From NCBI GenBank assembly GCA_022750195.1, contig JAKIWE010000005.1, positions 99,531-163,530 of the forward strand: a stretch of DNA of 64,000 nucleotides, in the 5' to 3' direction. Of this stretch, positions 26,893-36,064 are shown piece by piece (positions within the stretch are counted from its first letter, which is position 1; each line of letters starts with the position of its first letter). Below the pieces are notes generated by a model. The model did not search any database and was not told the DNA's origin. It was given only the letters and a program-made list of their open reading frames with translations. Both the position numbers and the translations under genes were made by a program. The DNA is from Thermoplasmata archaeon (lineage in GTDB: Archaea; Thermoplasmatota; Thermoplasmata; Lutacidiplasmatales; UBA184).

Positions 26893-27498
26893 CTAGCCGA
26901 GGACGACGTTCGACATGTAATTCGTCGTCGCGTAGATCGTGAGATCGACGTGGCTCCCCGCCGCGTAGGGGCTTTGCCAGACCAGATAGAAGGTGTCCGT
27001 GTACGGCGCGGCCCAGACGATCCGACCGGCGTTGACCGGGGTCACTTGCCACTCGGCGGTCGCCGCTGTCCCGTGGACGAAGTGGATGAACTCGGTGGTG
27101 TTGTAAACCGCGAAACCGACCGCGTCGGAGCTCGGGCTCACGACGCTGTAGTTGCCGACGATGTAGTCCTCGCCGGTCACCGCCCCGGAGAGGTAGGCGA
27201 AGGTGCCGGCCGGGATCGCGTAGGAGGCCTTCGTCGTCAGTGGGTCGGCGTAGGTCGGAGGTCCGCTCCAGATCGCCGTGACGAGCACGTAACTTACCCC
27301 GACGATCGCGGCGACGATGATCACCATGCGAAACGACCGGAGGAGCCGGAACCGGTAGCGCTCCCGCCGGGGCATCGAGGGAAGGCCCATGGGGGTGACG
27401 GCACGGGCGTCCCCGCAGGTGGGGCACGCGTGGTCCTCGGGGAGGAAGGCGTCGCCGCAGGTGACGCACGTCCGCCACTCGCCCCGCGGTTCCCCCAC
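26893..27498 (-). CDS. zinc-ribbon / single-TM / extracytoplasmic beta-rich domain protein (hypothetical)
   Basis: A CVTCG-x10-CPTCG ribbon is followed by the TM helix MVIIVAAIVGVSYVLVTAIW and a 130-aa Tyr/Val/Thr-rich domain. The start is GTG. Confidence 0.5.
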   Translation of the reverse strand: MGEPRGEWRTCVTCGDAFLPEDHACPTCGDARAVTPMGLPSMPRRERYRFRLLRSFRMVIIVAAIVGVSYVLVTAIWSGPPTYADPLTTKASYAIPAGTFAYLSGAVTGEDYIVGNYSVVSPSSDAVGFAVYNTTEFIHFVHGTAATAEWQVTPVNAGRIVWAAPYTDTFYLVWQSPYAAGSHVDLTIYATTNYMSNVVLG

Positions 27499-27613
27499 AG
27501 CGTCCTCCGAGCCGGCGGAGGTGCTTTCCCACCTTCGTACGAACCGCCGGCCGCTCCCGCGTTCCCGCGACCCCCCTCCAAATAGGGCTGCGCCCCTCGT
27601 GCCTCCCCGACCG

Positions 27614-28930
27614 ATGCAGGGCGCGCAGGAGACGGAGAGCGACGTGGCTTCGGTCCACCGCGAGGACCGCCGGAAGATCTACCTCGCCAAGTCGGTTCGT
27701 TCCGTCGCCTACGGTCTCCTGAGCGCGGCGTTGGTCCTCTACCTGAACGAGGACCTCGGCTACTCGACCCTCAGCAGCCTCGTGATCACGGGCCTCACCG
27801 TCGTCGGCGCCGGGGTTGCGAGCCTTGTCGGGGTGACTCCGGTCGTCCGTCGGCTCGGGGTCCGTCGCTCGTTCGGACTGTTCGCCGGGCTCTTCACCCT
27901 CTCGGCCGCGTTGCTGTTCCTGGCGTCCAGCCCGATCGTCGTCGTCGCCGCCGTTCTGCTGGGCGGCGTCGCGGCCGCGAGTGCCGACAACGGGCCGCTC
28001 GCCAGCCTCGACCAGGCCGTCCTTCCGTCCACGTTGCGCCGGCGTGACCGTCTCACCGGGTTCGCCCGGTACACGTTGCTCGGGTACTTCGCGAGCGCCG
28101 GAGGCGCGCTGCTGCTGTCGGTCCCTAACGCCCTCGCCCCCCGCGCGCTTCCGTTCCTACCCCCCGCCCCTCATCCGTGGATCCTGATCATCTACCTCGC
28201 GCTGGCGGGCTCGACCTGGGTGGCGTACGCCACCGTCTCGCCGGCGATCGAGGAGGGGATGCCGCGGCACGCCATCGAGGCAGGGGCCGAGATCTCGCCG
28301 ACGAGCCGTCGGTACGTCCGGGACCTCACGGCCCTGTTCGGGACCGACGCGTTCGCCGGGGGCCTGATCATCAACCCGATCGTGGCGGCGTACTTCGTCC
28401 TCGCGTGGCACCAGAACGCCGCATCGGTGGGGGTCATCCTGTTCCTCACCGGGCTGCTCGCGGGCGCGAGCTCCCTCGTCGCGATCGCCCTGGGCGCGCG
28501 GTACGGGCTCCTACGGACGATGGTCGTGCCGCATTTGGTCTCGAACGTCCTTCTCGTCGCGATGCCGTTCATGCCGACGTTCCTGTCGGCGGTCGGTGTG
28601 CTCGTCGCCCGATCCTCCCTCTCTCAGATCGACGTCCCCACTCGCCAGGCCTTCACGATGGGGCTGGTCGCGCGACGGGAGCGGGCCCCGGTCTCCTCCA
28701 CGCTCAACGGGGCCCGGAGCATCGCGCAGAGCGTCGGGCCGTTCCCGGCCGCCGCGCTGGAGGGCGCCGGCTACCTCGCCGCGCCGTTCGTCCTCGGGGG
28801 CGTCGTGAAGATCGCCTACGACCTTGCGCTGTTCGCCCGTTTCCGCTCGGTCCCGATCGCGGGGGAGAGCCCCGACGGTCGGCCCGCGCCGGCTACTTCT
28901 TCGCCTTCGCCGAGCCGAGGTTCACGATGA
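27614..28930 (+). CDS. MFS-type transporter
   Basis: The protein has about 12 hydrophobic spans. I chose ATG 27614 because a TATA-like box lies about 32 nt upstream. The track ORF 27389 extension overlaps the divergent gene. Confidence 0.7.
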   Translation: MQGAQETESDVASVHREDRRKIYLAKSVRSVAYGLLSAALVLYLNEDLGYSTLSSLVITGLTVVGAGVASLVGVTPVVRRLGVRRSFGLFAGLFTLSAALLFLASSPIVVVAAVLLGGVAAASADNGPLASLDQAVLPSTLRRRDRLTGFARYTLLGYFASAGGALLLSVPNALAPRALPFLPPAPHPWILIIYLALAGSTWVAYATVSPAIEEGMPRHAIEAGAEISPTSRRYVRDLTALFGTDAFAGGLIINPIVAAYFVLAWHQNAASVGVILFLTGLLAGASSLVAIALGARYGLLRTMVVPHLVSNVLLVAMPFMPTFLSAVGVLVARSSLSQIDVPTRQAFTMGLVARRERAPVSSTLNGARSIAQSVGPFPAAALEGAGYLAAPFVLGGVVKIAYDLALFARFRSVPIAGESPDGRPAPATSSPSPSRGSR

Positions 28931-30374
28931 CGTTCTTGCGCCGCGTGTACGACTCGACCACGCGCCGACCCTGTTCGAAGCCGATCCCGCTCTCCTTGTA
29001 GCCCCCGAACGGCGACTGGGGGAAGGTCGTGGGCGGTTCGTTGATCGAGACCATGCCGGCCTCGAGCTGACGGGCGAGGGTGTGCGCCTGGCTCAAGTCG
29101 CGCGTCCAGAGGGCGGCGAAGAGGCCGTAGCGCGTATCGTTCGCGAGGCGGACCGCCTCGTCCACCTGACCGTACCGAAGGACCGAGAGGACCGGTCCGA
29201 ACACCTCCTCCCGCACCACGCGCTGCTCCGGGGACACGCCGGTCACGATCGTCGGTCGGACGAAGTTGCCGGCATCGAGCGGCGGCTCCTTGGCCCGGTC
29301 CCCTCCCGCGACGACGGTCGAGCCGGCCGAGCGCGCCTCCTCCACGAATCCGACGACCCGGTCGAGCTGGTCGGCCGAGACGACGGGTCCCATCTCGCTC
29401 GTGCTCTCGCTCCCCGGCCCGAGCTTCAACCCGTTGGCGATCTTGGAGACCTTCGCGACCAGCTCGTCGTGGAGCGCGTCGGGGACGATCAGGCGCGAGC
29501 CCGCCCAGCACATCTGACCGGCGTTGCCGAAGATGCCGAAGCCGATCCCTTTCGCCGCCCGGTCGAGGTCGGCGTCCGGTAGGACCACCACGGGGCTCTT
29601 TCCGCCCAGCTCCAAGGTCATCGGGATCACCCGACGGGCCGCGAGCTCCGCGATGCGCTGGCCGACCTCGCTGCTGCCGGTGAACGAGACCGAGCGGCAC
29701 CGGGGGTCGGTCACGAGCGTCTCGCCCACCTCGCCCCCCGGCCCGACGACAACGTTGAAGATCCCGTCCGGGACGCCGGCCTCCTTCGCCAACGCCGCGA
29801 AACTGAGCGCGGTCAACGGCGTGAGGCTCGCGGGCTTCAATACGACCGCGTTGCCCGCGGCGAGCGCCGGCGCGACCGACCGGATCGCGAGCAGCAACGG
29901 ATAGTTCCAGGGAGCGATATGGACCGTGACCCCGAGCGGCTCGCGTAGGGTGTAATCGAGGCGGGCCCCCGGCACCGGGATCGTCTCGCCCTCGATCTTG
30001 TCGGCCAATCCCGCGACGTAGTCGAGGGTCCGGACGACGTATCCGATGTCGCCCTTCGACTCCCGGATCGTCTTGCCCATGTTCGTCGTTTCGAGGACCG
30101 CGAACGATTCTGCGCGCTCCTCCAGCAGGCGGGCGAGCCGGTAAAGCGCGCGCGCCCGTCGACCGCCGTCGTCCTCTGCCCAACCGGAGTTCCGGAACGC
30201 GCTCTCGGCGACCTCCATGGCGTGCCGCGCGTCGTCGGCCCGACCGACCGGGGCAGTGGCGATCGGGCGGTTCGTCGCCGGATCGAGGACCGGCGCCCGC
30301 TCGCCGCGGCTGGCGGGGAGGCTGGCGCCGCCGATGAAGAGCCCGTACTCCGAAGGGGTCGATCCCGCACTCAT
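28893..30374 (-). CDS. NAD(P)+-dependent aldehyde dehydrogenase
   Basis: ALDH motifs seen are FTGSSEVG, ELGGKSP and the catalytic Cys region GQMCWAGSR. Confidence 0.9.
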   Translation of the reverse strand: MSAGSTPSEYGLFIGGASLPASRGERAPVLDPATNRPIATAPVGRADDARHAMEVAESAFRNSGWAEDDGGRRARALYRLARLLEERAESFAVLETTNMGKTIRESKGDIGYVVRTLDYVAGLADKIEGETIPVPGARLDYTLREPLGVTVHIAPWNYPLLLAIRSVAPALAAGNAVVLKPASLTPLTALSFAALAKEAGVPDGIFNVVVGPGGEVGETLVTDPRCRSVSFTGSSEVGQRIAELAARRVIPMTLELGGKSPVVVLPDADLDRAAKGIGFGIFGNAGQMCWAGSRLIVPDALHDELVAKVSKIANGLKLGPGSESTSEMGPVVSADQLDRVVGFVEEARSAGSTVVAGGDRAKEPPLDAGNFVRPTIVTGVSPEQRVVREEVFGPVLSVLRYGQVDEAVRLANDTRYGLFAALWTRDLSQAHTLARQLEAGMVSINEPPTTFPQSPFGGYKESGIGFEQGRRVVESYTRRKNVIVNLGSAKAKK

Positions 30375-30432
30375 GGATGTTCGACGCTGACGAGCGACGC
30401 GCGACCCATAACCGTTCCGTGGCCGGTGGCGC

Positions 30433-31572
30433 TTAGTGCTGGTACGGGTAGGTTCGTCCCTTCCAAGCGATAGGCCGTCGACGGATCCCCCGAACGAGGG
30501 AGGCGGTCACCAGCACCAGGTAGTAGCCGACCGCGACCGGGTACAGTAGCCCGTAGACCGCTCGACCCCGGACCGCCCGAGTGAACCCAACGTGCTTGCC
30601 GAACAGCGCGGCAACGAGCACCGCGCCGAAGACCGTCAGGACCGAGGTCCCTGTGAGAAGGCCGACCGGGAGGAGGGCGAGCGGGAGCAGGAACCCGCCG
30701 ACGAGGCCCACGAGGAACGCTGACTGACGCCAGGCCGAGAACCGCAACCCATGGACGAGCTTGAGCAGGCCCTCGTACATCTCGGCGTTCGTGCGGTACA
30801 TGCGGGTCGTGAGCAGCTCGGGGGCCCATGCGACCCGCAGGCGTAGCCCCGCATCTCGGAAGGCGCGGGCCAGACCAACGTCCTCCAGGATGAACGACCG
30901 GGTCGCTGTGTGGCCCCCGACCGCCTCGTAGGACGCGCGTCGGACGAGGAGGAACTGTCCGTTGGCCATCGCGGACCGGGAGTTGTCCCGATTCACGCGT
31001 GGGACCCGGAAGTACGTTAGCACCATCTGGGCGTAGAACGGCAGCACGACGTTCTCCCAGAACCCGTGCATCTCGACCGGAGGGGCGAGCGTGACGAGGT
31101 CCGCACCCTCCTTCTCGCCCCACGCCAGTGCGCTCGCGACCGCGTCGGCATGGAAGCGCATGTCCGCGTCGGTGAACAGGATCCACTCCCCCCGGGTCGC
31201 TCGGGCGCCGGTGTCGAGCGCCCAGCTCTTCCCCACCCAGCCCGCCGGGAGGGGAGGCTCGGGCACGAGACGGACGAACGCGCTGCGCGCTGCGACGACC
31301 TCCCGCGTACCGTCCGACGAACCGCCGTCGACCACGACGAGGTCGAGGTCGATGTTCTTCTGGGCATGAAGGTCATCGAGACATCGGGGTAGGTCGAGCT
31401 CCTCGTTCCGGGCGGCGACGACCACGGCGAGGCGCTCCCGCGTGCGCGGGAGCCCCGCCGACCCCGGCCCGAGGAGGGGCATGCCGGCGGCGAAGTACAA
31501 CGGGACCCCCTGGAAGAGCAGGACGAAGAGGCCCAAGCCGACCAGGAGGAGGACGATCGCCAGCGGGAGCAC
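30433..31572 (-). CDS. membrane-bound family 2 glycosyltransferase (CrtQ/HpnB-like)
   Basis: The GT-A region is VVVAARNEE...VVVDGGSSDGT...FTDADM, flanked by TM helices. The start is GTG 31572. Confidence 0.8.
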   Translation of the reverse strand: MLPLAIVLLLVGLGLFVLLFQGVPLYFAAGMPLLGPGSAGLPRTRERLAVVVAARNEELDLPRCLDDLHAQKNIDLDLVVVDGGSSDGTREVVAARSAFVRLVPEPPLPAGWVGKSWALDTGARATRGEWILFTDADMRFHADAVASALAWGEKEGADLVTLAPPVEMHGFWENVVLPFYAQMVLTYFRVPRVNRDNSRSAMANGQFLLVRRASYEAVGGHTATRSFILEDVGLARAFRDAGLRLRVAWAPELLTTRMYRTNAEMYEGLLKLVHGLRFSAWRQSAFLVGLVGGFLLPLALLPVGLLTGTSVLTVFGAVLVAALFGKHVGFTRAVRGRAVYGLLYPVAVGYYLVLVTASLVRGIRRRPIAWKGRTYPYQH

Positions 31573-31591
31573 AGTGCGGGCGAGGTGGGCG

Positions 31592-31601
31592 CCTAATAAA
31601 G
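31592..31601. promoter_or_regulatory. single A/T-rich box (CCTAATAAAG) shared by the divergent GT2 and hef genes
   Basis: The spacer is 58 nt. The box lies about 25 nt from GTG 31572 (- strand) and about 34 nt from GTG 31631 (+ strand). Confidence 0.45.
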
Positions 31602-31630
31602 TCGCGCATGGTGACGGCCTACGGAGCGTT

Positions 31631-33238
31631 GTGAGCTCGGTCGAGCACCCGTGGATCCGGCCCGGGAGCCTCGAAGAGCGGCTCTATCAGCAGAACATCG
31701 CGGCGGTCGCCGTCGAGCACAACACGCTCGTGGTGCTCCCGACCGGCCTCGGCAAGACCGCCATCGCACTCCGGGTCGCGGCCGAGCTGCTCGGCCGGCA
31801 GCCGCACCGGTCGATCCTCTTCCTCGCTCCCACCCGCCCGCTCGTCGTGCAGCATGCCCGGAGCGCCGAGGCGACGCTCCTCGGCCCGACCCCGTTGGTC
31901 CTGACCGGGACGATCTCGCCGGACCGCCGTGTCGAGCTGCTGCGTCCGCCCCAGTTCGTCGTCGCGACGCCCCAGGTGATCGCCAACGACCTCGCGGAGG
32001 GCGCGCTGAGCCTGGACCCGTTCGCGCTCATCATCTTCGATGAGGCGCACCGGGCCGTCGGGGATTACCCGTACGTGAAGCTGGGCCGGGAGAACCAGCG
32101 GACCGCCCACGCCCGAGTGCTCGCCATGACGGCCTCGCCGGGCTCGGCGATCGAACGGGTTCGAGCGGTCTGGACGAACCTCGGGATCGAGCGGTTCGAG
32201 TACCGTACGGCGTTCGACGGGGACGTCCAACCGTACGCCCACGGCATCGGGGTGGAGATCGTCGAGGTGCAGGTGCCGGTCGAGGTGCAACGGCTGGCGA
32301 TCCACATTCGGGCGGCGGTTCGCCGCCAGGCCGAGATCCTGCAGAAGTACGGTCTCCTCCCGGAAGGTGAGGCGAACCGTCGTGACCTCCTCGTGATCGG
32401 CGAGCGGCTCCACCGAGAGGTCGAAGTGAGCCGACGCCAGGGCCAGAACGCCCCGCCTCAGATCTGGGGCGCGATCACCGCGCATGCGGTCGCGATGAAG
32501 GCCCTGCACGCCCTCGAGCTCGCCGAATCGCAGGGCGTCGAAGCCTTGCGGAAGTTCCTCGGCCAACAGACGGTCGCGAAGAAGGGACGGATCACCCCGT
32601 CGCAGCGTACCTTTCTCGCCGACCCTGATATTCAGGCCGTGCAGGGCCAACTGGCTTCGCTCGACCTGGAGCATCCAAAGTTGGCGAAGACCGTCGCGAT
32701 CGTGAGCGAGGAGCTCCGCAAGGCGCCCACCTCTCGGGTGCTCGTCTTCGCCCAGTACCGGCAGACGGCCGAGACGCTCGTCACGGCGCTATCGGGGCTC
32801 GGCGACCCAGCCGTCCGTGCGGCCCGGTTCGTCGGGCAGGCCTCGCGCGGCACCGATGTCGGTCTCCGACAGCACGAGCAGGTCGAACTGCTCGACCGAT
32901 TCCGCTCCGGGGCGATCAACTGCCTCGTCGCCACCTCGGTCGCTGAGGAGGGCCTCGACGTCCCCTCCACCGACCTCGTGGTGTTCTACGAACCGGTACC
33001 GGACGCCATCCGGACCATTCAGCGCCGTGGGCGAACCGGTCGCGTGCGGGCCGGACGCGCCATAGTCCTGGTGGCGGCAGGGACCCGGGACGTCGGAGTG
33101 CTGCGGTCGGCGCGCTCCCGCGAGAAGCGGATGCTCGACCTCCTCGACCGGGTACAACGCGAAGCCCTTGCGGGTAGGCTGCCGTCCGAGCCCTCGGCCC
33201 GTGCTGTGCAAACCTCGCTGAGCGAGTTCGGCGTCTAA
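31631..33238 (+). CDS. hef: Hef/FANCM-type SF2 helicase with the helicase domains only
   Basis: Helicase motifs are I LPTGLGKT, II FDEAHRAVG, III MTASPG and VI QRRGRTGR. GTG 31631 is in frame with track ORF 31442. No ERCC4 nuclease/HhH2 segment follows. Confidence 0.8.
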   Translation: MSSVEHPWIRPGSLEERLYQQNIAAVAVEHNTLVVLPTGLGKTAIALRVAAELLGRQPHRSILFLAPTRPLVVQHARSAEATLLGPTPLVLTGTISPDRRVELLRPPQFVVATPQVIANDLAEGALSLDPFALIIFDEAHRAVGDYPYVKLGRENQRTAHARVLAMTASPGSAIERVRAVWTNLGIERFEYRTAFDGDVQPYAHGIGVEIVEVQVPVEVQRLAIHIRAAVRRQAEILQKYGLLPEGEANRRDLLVIGERLHREVEVSRRQGQNAPPQIWGAITAHAVAMKALHALELAESQGVEALRKFLGQQTVAKKGRITPSQRTFLADPDIQAVQGQLASLDLEHPKLAKTVAIVSEELRKAPTSRVLVFAQYRQTAETLVTALSGLGDPAVRAARFVGQASRGTDVGLRQHEQVELLDRFRSGAINCLVATSVAEEGLDVPSTDLVVFYEPVPDAIRTIQRRGRTGRVRAGRAIVLVAAGTRDVGVLRSARSREKRMLDLLDRVQREALAGRLPSEPSARAVQTSLSEFGV

Positions 33239-33266
33239 CAACCGCTCGACGCGACGCGCCGACGCG

Positions 33267-33713
33267 CTAGCGACCCGTGCTCCCGAATCCGCCGCGACGG
33301 CCCGGAAGAGCCGCCACGAGACCGGTCCGGAACGTGACCGGGGTATCCGCCGCCAGTCGGACCTGGGCGATCCGATCGCCGGCGTGGATCAGGTAGCTCC
33401 CGCGTCCGAGAAAGGTTAGGGGCACCTTCACCTCCCCCGCGTAATCTCGGTCGATCGTCCCTGGCCCATTCGCCAGGAGCACACCCCGGCTCGCGAGTCC
33501 GCTGCGAGGGCGAACTTCGACAAAGTACCCCACGGGCGCTCGCATCTTCCAGCCGGTAGGAACGAGGGTCACGACGCCGGGCCGCAGTCGAACCGTCGCG
33601 GCCGCGTGGAGGTCGAAGCCCGCGGCGAGGGTGGTCGCCCGCGTCGGGATCGGAGGCGAACGCGCTCCGTCCACCGGCTCGACCGTTACGACCAGACGGC
33701 GCGAGGGGGCCAT
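33267..33713 (-). CDS. dut: dUTP diphosphatase (trimeric Dut type)
   Basis: Motifs seen are AAGFDLHA, RSGLASRG and GTIDRDYAGE. ATG 33713 has an A/T-rich box about 28 nt upstream. The track start is 33728. Confidence 0.85.
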   Translation of the reverse strand: MAPSRRLVVTVEPVDGARSPPIPTRATTLAAGFDLHAAATVRLRPGVVTLVPTGWKMRAPVGYFVEVRPRSGLASRGVLLANGPGTIDRDYAGEVKVPLTFLGRGSYLIHAGDRIAQVRLAADTPVTFRTGLVAALPGRRGGFGSTGR

Positions 33714-33779
33714 GCGCGGCGGCCACATCGCCTCGGCTCATAACGTGAGAATCGTGGCTGCCGGCGGAGTGTCCCTAGT

Positions 33780-34487
33780 TCAAGAAGCGAACGGCCGTGA
33801 CGGCACCGTCGCCGCGAGGAACTGCGCCACCAAGTGCCCCTCGGCTCGTCGGAGCAGCTTGCCCGCGGCCGGCGGACTCACTCCGACGAGTCGCGCCAGC
33901 CGCGTGAGGGTGATCTTCCTCGGTACCGCGTAGTACCCGAGGGTCCAGGCCCGGACGAGTAGGTGTTGCTGGCGCGGGGTGAGCGAGGGGGCCTCCCGCG
34001 GACGGAGCGAGGGCCGGGGGGAGGAGCGGACCACCTCGAACGGTAGACCCTCGTGTTGGAGCTTACTCAGCACCCGTCGTAACGAAGGTTCTTCGCCGTG
34101 AAACGACGCGACGACCCTCTCCGGGGTGAGGAGGAACGGCGCGGTCGGGTTGACGTGTCCCCCCGCCAGAGCGAGGAGCCGCCGGAGCATCGGCGTGTTC
34201 CGCTGGCGAACGAGGAGCACATAGTCGCGGGTGCGGGGGCGGAGCTCGACGAGCTCGAAGCTCTGGAGCCCGTAGGCTCGACGGATCCGCCGGGACTCTC
34301 GCTCCAGGTCCGACGCGCGACGAAGGCTCCCCCGGCGACGCAGGCGCAGCAGCTGGAGCCTCCAGCCCCGCTCGAGGCGGAGGGTCTCGAGCAGCTCGAC
34401 CTCCTCGTACTTCTCGAAGAACCCCGAGGGGACGAGCCCGAGGAGCTCTAGGTCGGCGGTGCGGAACTCGAGCGTGACGGTCTGCAT
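33780..34487 (-). CDS. Bat-like HTH_10 domain transcriptional regulator
   Basis: The C-terminal region LTPRQQHLLVRAWTLGYYAVPRKITLTRLARLVGVSPPAAGKLLRRAEGHL matches the bacterio-opsin-activator-type HTH. The gene is divergent from ubiD. Confidence 0.7.
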   Translation of the reverse strand: MQTVTLEFRTADLELLGLVPSGFFEKYEEVELLETLRLERGWRLQLLRLRRRGSLRRASDLERESRRIRRAYGLQSFELVELRPRTRDYVLLVRQRNTPMLRRLLALAGGHVNPTAPFLLTPERVVASFHGEEPSLRRVLSKLQHEGLPFEVVRSSPRPSLRPREAPSLTPRQQHLLVRAWTLGYYAVPRKITLTRLARLVGVSPPAAGKLLRRAEGHLVAQFLAATVPSRPFAS

Positions 34488-34514
34488 GGCGCGCGCGGGG
34501 CCACGACACAGGGT

Positions 34515-34525
34515 TCCGATATGAA
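34515..34525 (-). promoter_or_regulatory. TATA-like box for the Bat-like HTH gene
   Basis: TTCATATCGG on the - strand lies about 33 nt upstream of ATG 34487. Confidence 0.4.
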
Positions 34526-34546
34526 CCTGCGTCCTTCGCCCGTCCC

Positions 34547-34559
34547 GAGTTAAATAGCG
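34547..34559 (+). promoter_or_regulatory. TATA-like box (GAGTTAAATAGCG) for ubiD
   Basis: It is centred about 27 nt upstream of ATG 34580. Confidence 0.5.
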
Positions 34560-34579
34560 AACGCGGCTCGGCGGCGCCG

Positions 34580-36064
34580 ATGACCTTCCGCTCGCTGGGC
34601 GAGTTCCTTTCGGCCCTCGAGAACGACGGCGACCTGCTCCGGGTCCGGGCTCCGGTGAGTCGGGACCTCGAGATCACCGAGATCACCCAACGGGCGATCG
34701 CGCGCGACGGCCCGGCGCTCCTCTTCGAGAACGTCGCGGGAGCCTCGATGCCGGTCGCGATGAACGTGCTCGGCTCCCCCCGTCGCATCGCGAAGGCGCT
34801 CGGGGTCAGGACGATTGAGGAGGCCCAGGAGAAGGTCAGCCAGCTCACGCACCTTCGTCCGCCCGCCGGGCTCATGGGGGCGATTCGCGACCTGAGCGGC
34901 ACCCTGGCCACCCTCGACGTCCTCCGCTCGCTCGCGCCTAAGCGGCTCAAAACCGGACCGTGCCAGGAGGTCGAGAGCGACCAGGTCGATCTCGATAGCC
35001 TGCCGATCCTGCGCTGCTGGCCCGGCGACGGAGGAAGGACCGTGACCTTCCCCGTCGTGGTAACGAAGGACCCGGAGACGGGGGAACCGCATACCGGGAT
35101 CTACCGACTCCAGCAGTACGGGCGCGACACGCTCGGGATGCACTTTCAGGTCCACCGGGTCGGCGCGAGCAACTACCGGAAGTGGGTCGCGCGCGGCGAA
35201 CGGATGCCGGTCGCCGCCGTCCTCGGGATGGACCCGGCGACGATCTTCGCGGGGCTCGCCCCGGTCCCGGAAGGACTTTCGAACTACGTCTTCGCCGGGT
35301 TCCTGCGCGGGGAGTCGCTCGAGGTCGTCCCCGCGCGTACCGTGGACCTGGAGGTTCCGGCGAACGCCGAGATCGTCCTCGAAGGGTACGTTGACCCTTC
35401 CGAGCGTCACGTGGAAGGGCCGTTCGGCGACCACACCGGCTACTACTCGGCTCCCGAGCCGTTCCCCGTGTTCCACGTCACGCACGTGACCCATCGGGAG
35501 CGACCGGTGTACCTCGGCACGGTCACGGGGAAACCGCCGACCGAGGACGCGGTGATCGGCAAGGCGGTCGAACGCGTCTTCCTCCCCGTCATCCGCCTCG
35601 TCCTCCCCGAGATCGTCGACATGAACCTGCCCATGGAGGGGCTGTTCATCAATGTCGGAGTGTTCGCGGTCCGGAAGCGTTACCCCGACCACCCGCGGAA
35701 GGTGATGCACGCGCTCTGGGGGCTCGGTCAGATCATGTTCCTTCGGTACATCGTCGTCGTCGACGCGGACGTGAACGTCCACGACATGGGCGAGGTGCTC
35801 TATCGGGTCGGGCTCCAGGCCGACCCCGGCCGGGACCTCGAGATCGTCCAGGGACCTGTCGACCAACTGTCGATCTCGAACCCCGTGCCCAATCTCGGGG
35901 CGAAGGTGGGCATCGACGCGACGAAGAAACGCCCGGAGGACGGTTTCCCCCGGGCCTGGCCCGAGGAGATCCGCATGGACGCATCCATCGTCACGAAGAT
36001 CGACGCGCTCCTGCGCAGCGATCCGGCCCTACGACGGCTGCTTCCGTCCGGACCCGCGGCGTGA
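34580..36064 (+). CDS. UbiD-family (prFMN-dependent) aromatic decarboxylase
   Basis: The N-terminus is FRSLGEFLSALENDGDLLRV, with further matches IYRLQ...G.HFQ and GPFGDHTGYY. The length of 494 aa fits. Confidence 0.9.
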   Translation: MTFRSLGEFLSALENDGDLLRVRAPVSRDLEITEITQRAIARDGPALLFENVAGASMPVAMNVLGSPRRIAKALGVRTIEEAQEKVSQLTHLRPPAGLMGAIRDLSGTLATLDVLRSLAPKRLKTGPCQEVESDQVDLDSLPILRCWPGDGGRTVTFPVVVTKDPETGEPHTGIYRLQQYGRDTLGMHFQVHRVGASNYRKWVARGERMPVAAVLGMDPATIFAGLAPVPEGLSNYVFAGFLRGESLEVVPARTVDLEVPANAEIVLEGYVDPSERHVEGPFGDHTGYYSAPEPFPVFHVTHVTHRERPVYLGTVTGKPPTEDAVIGKAVERVFLPVIRLVLPEIVDMNLPMEGLFINVGVFAVRKRYPDHPRKVMHALWGLGQIMFLRYIVVVDADVNVHDMGEVLYRVGLQADPGRDLEIVQGPVDQLSISNPVPNLGAKVGIDATKKRPEDGFPRAWPEEIRMDASIVTKIDALLRSDPALRRLLPSGPAA

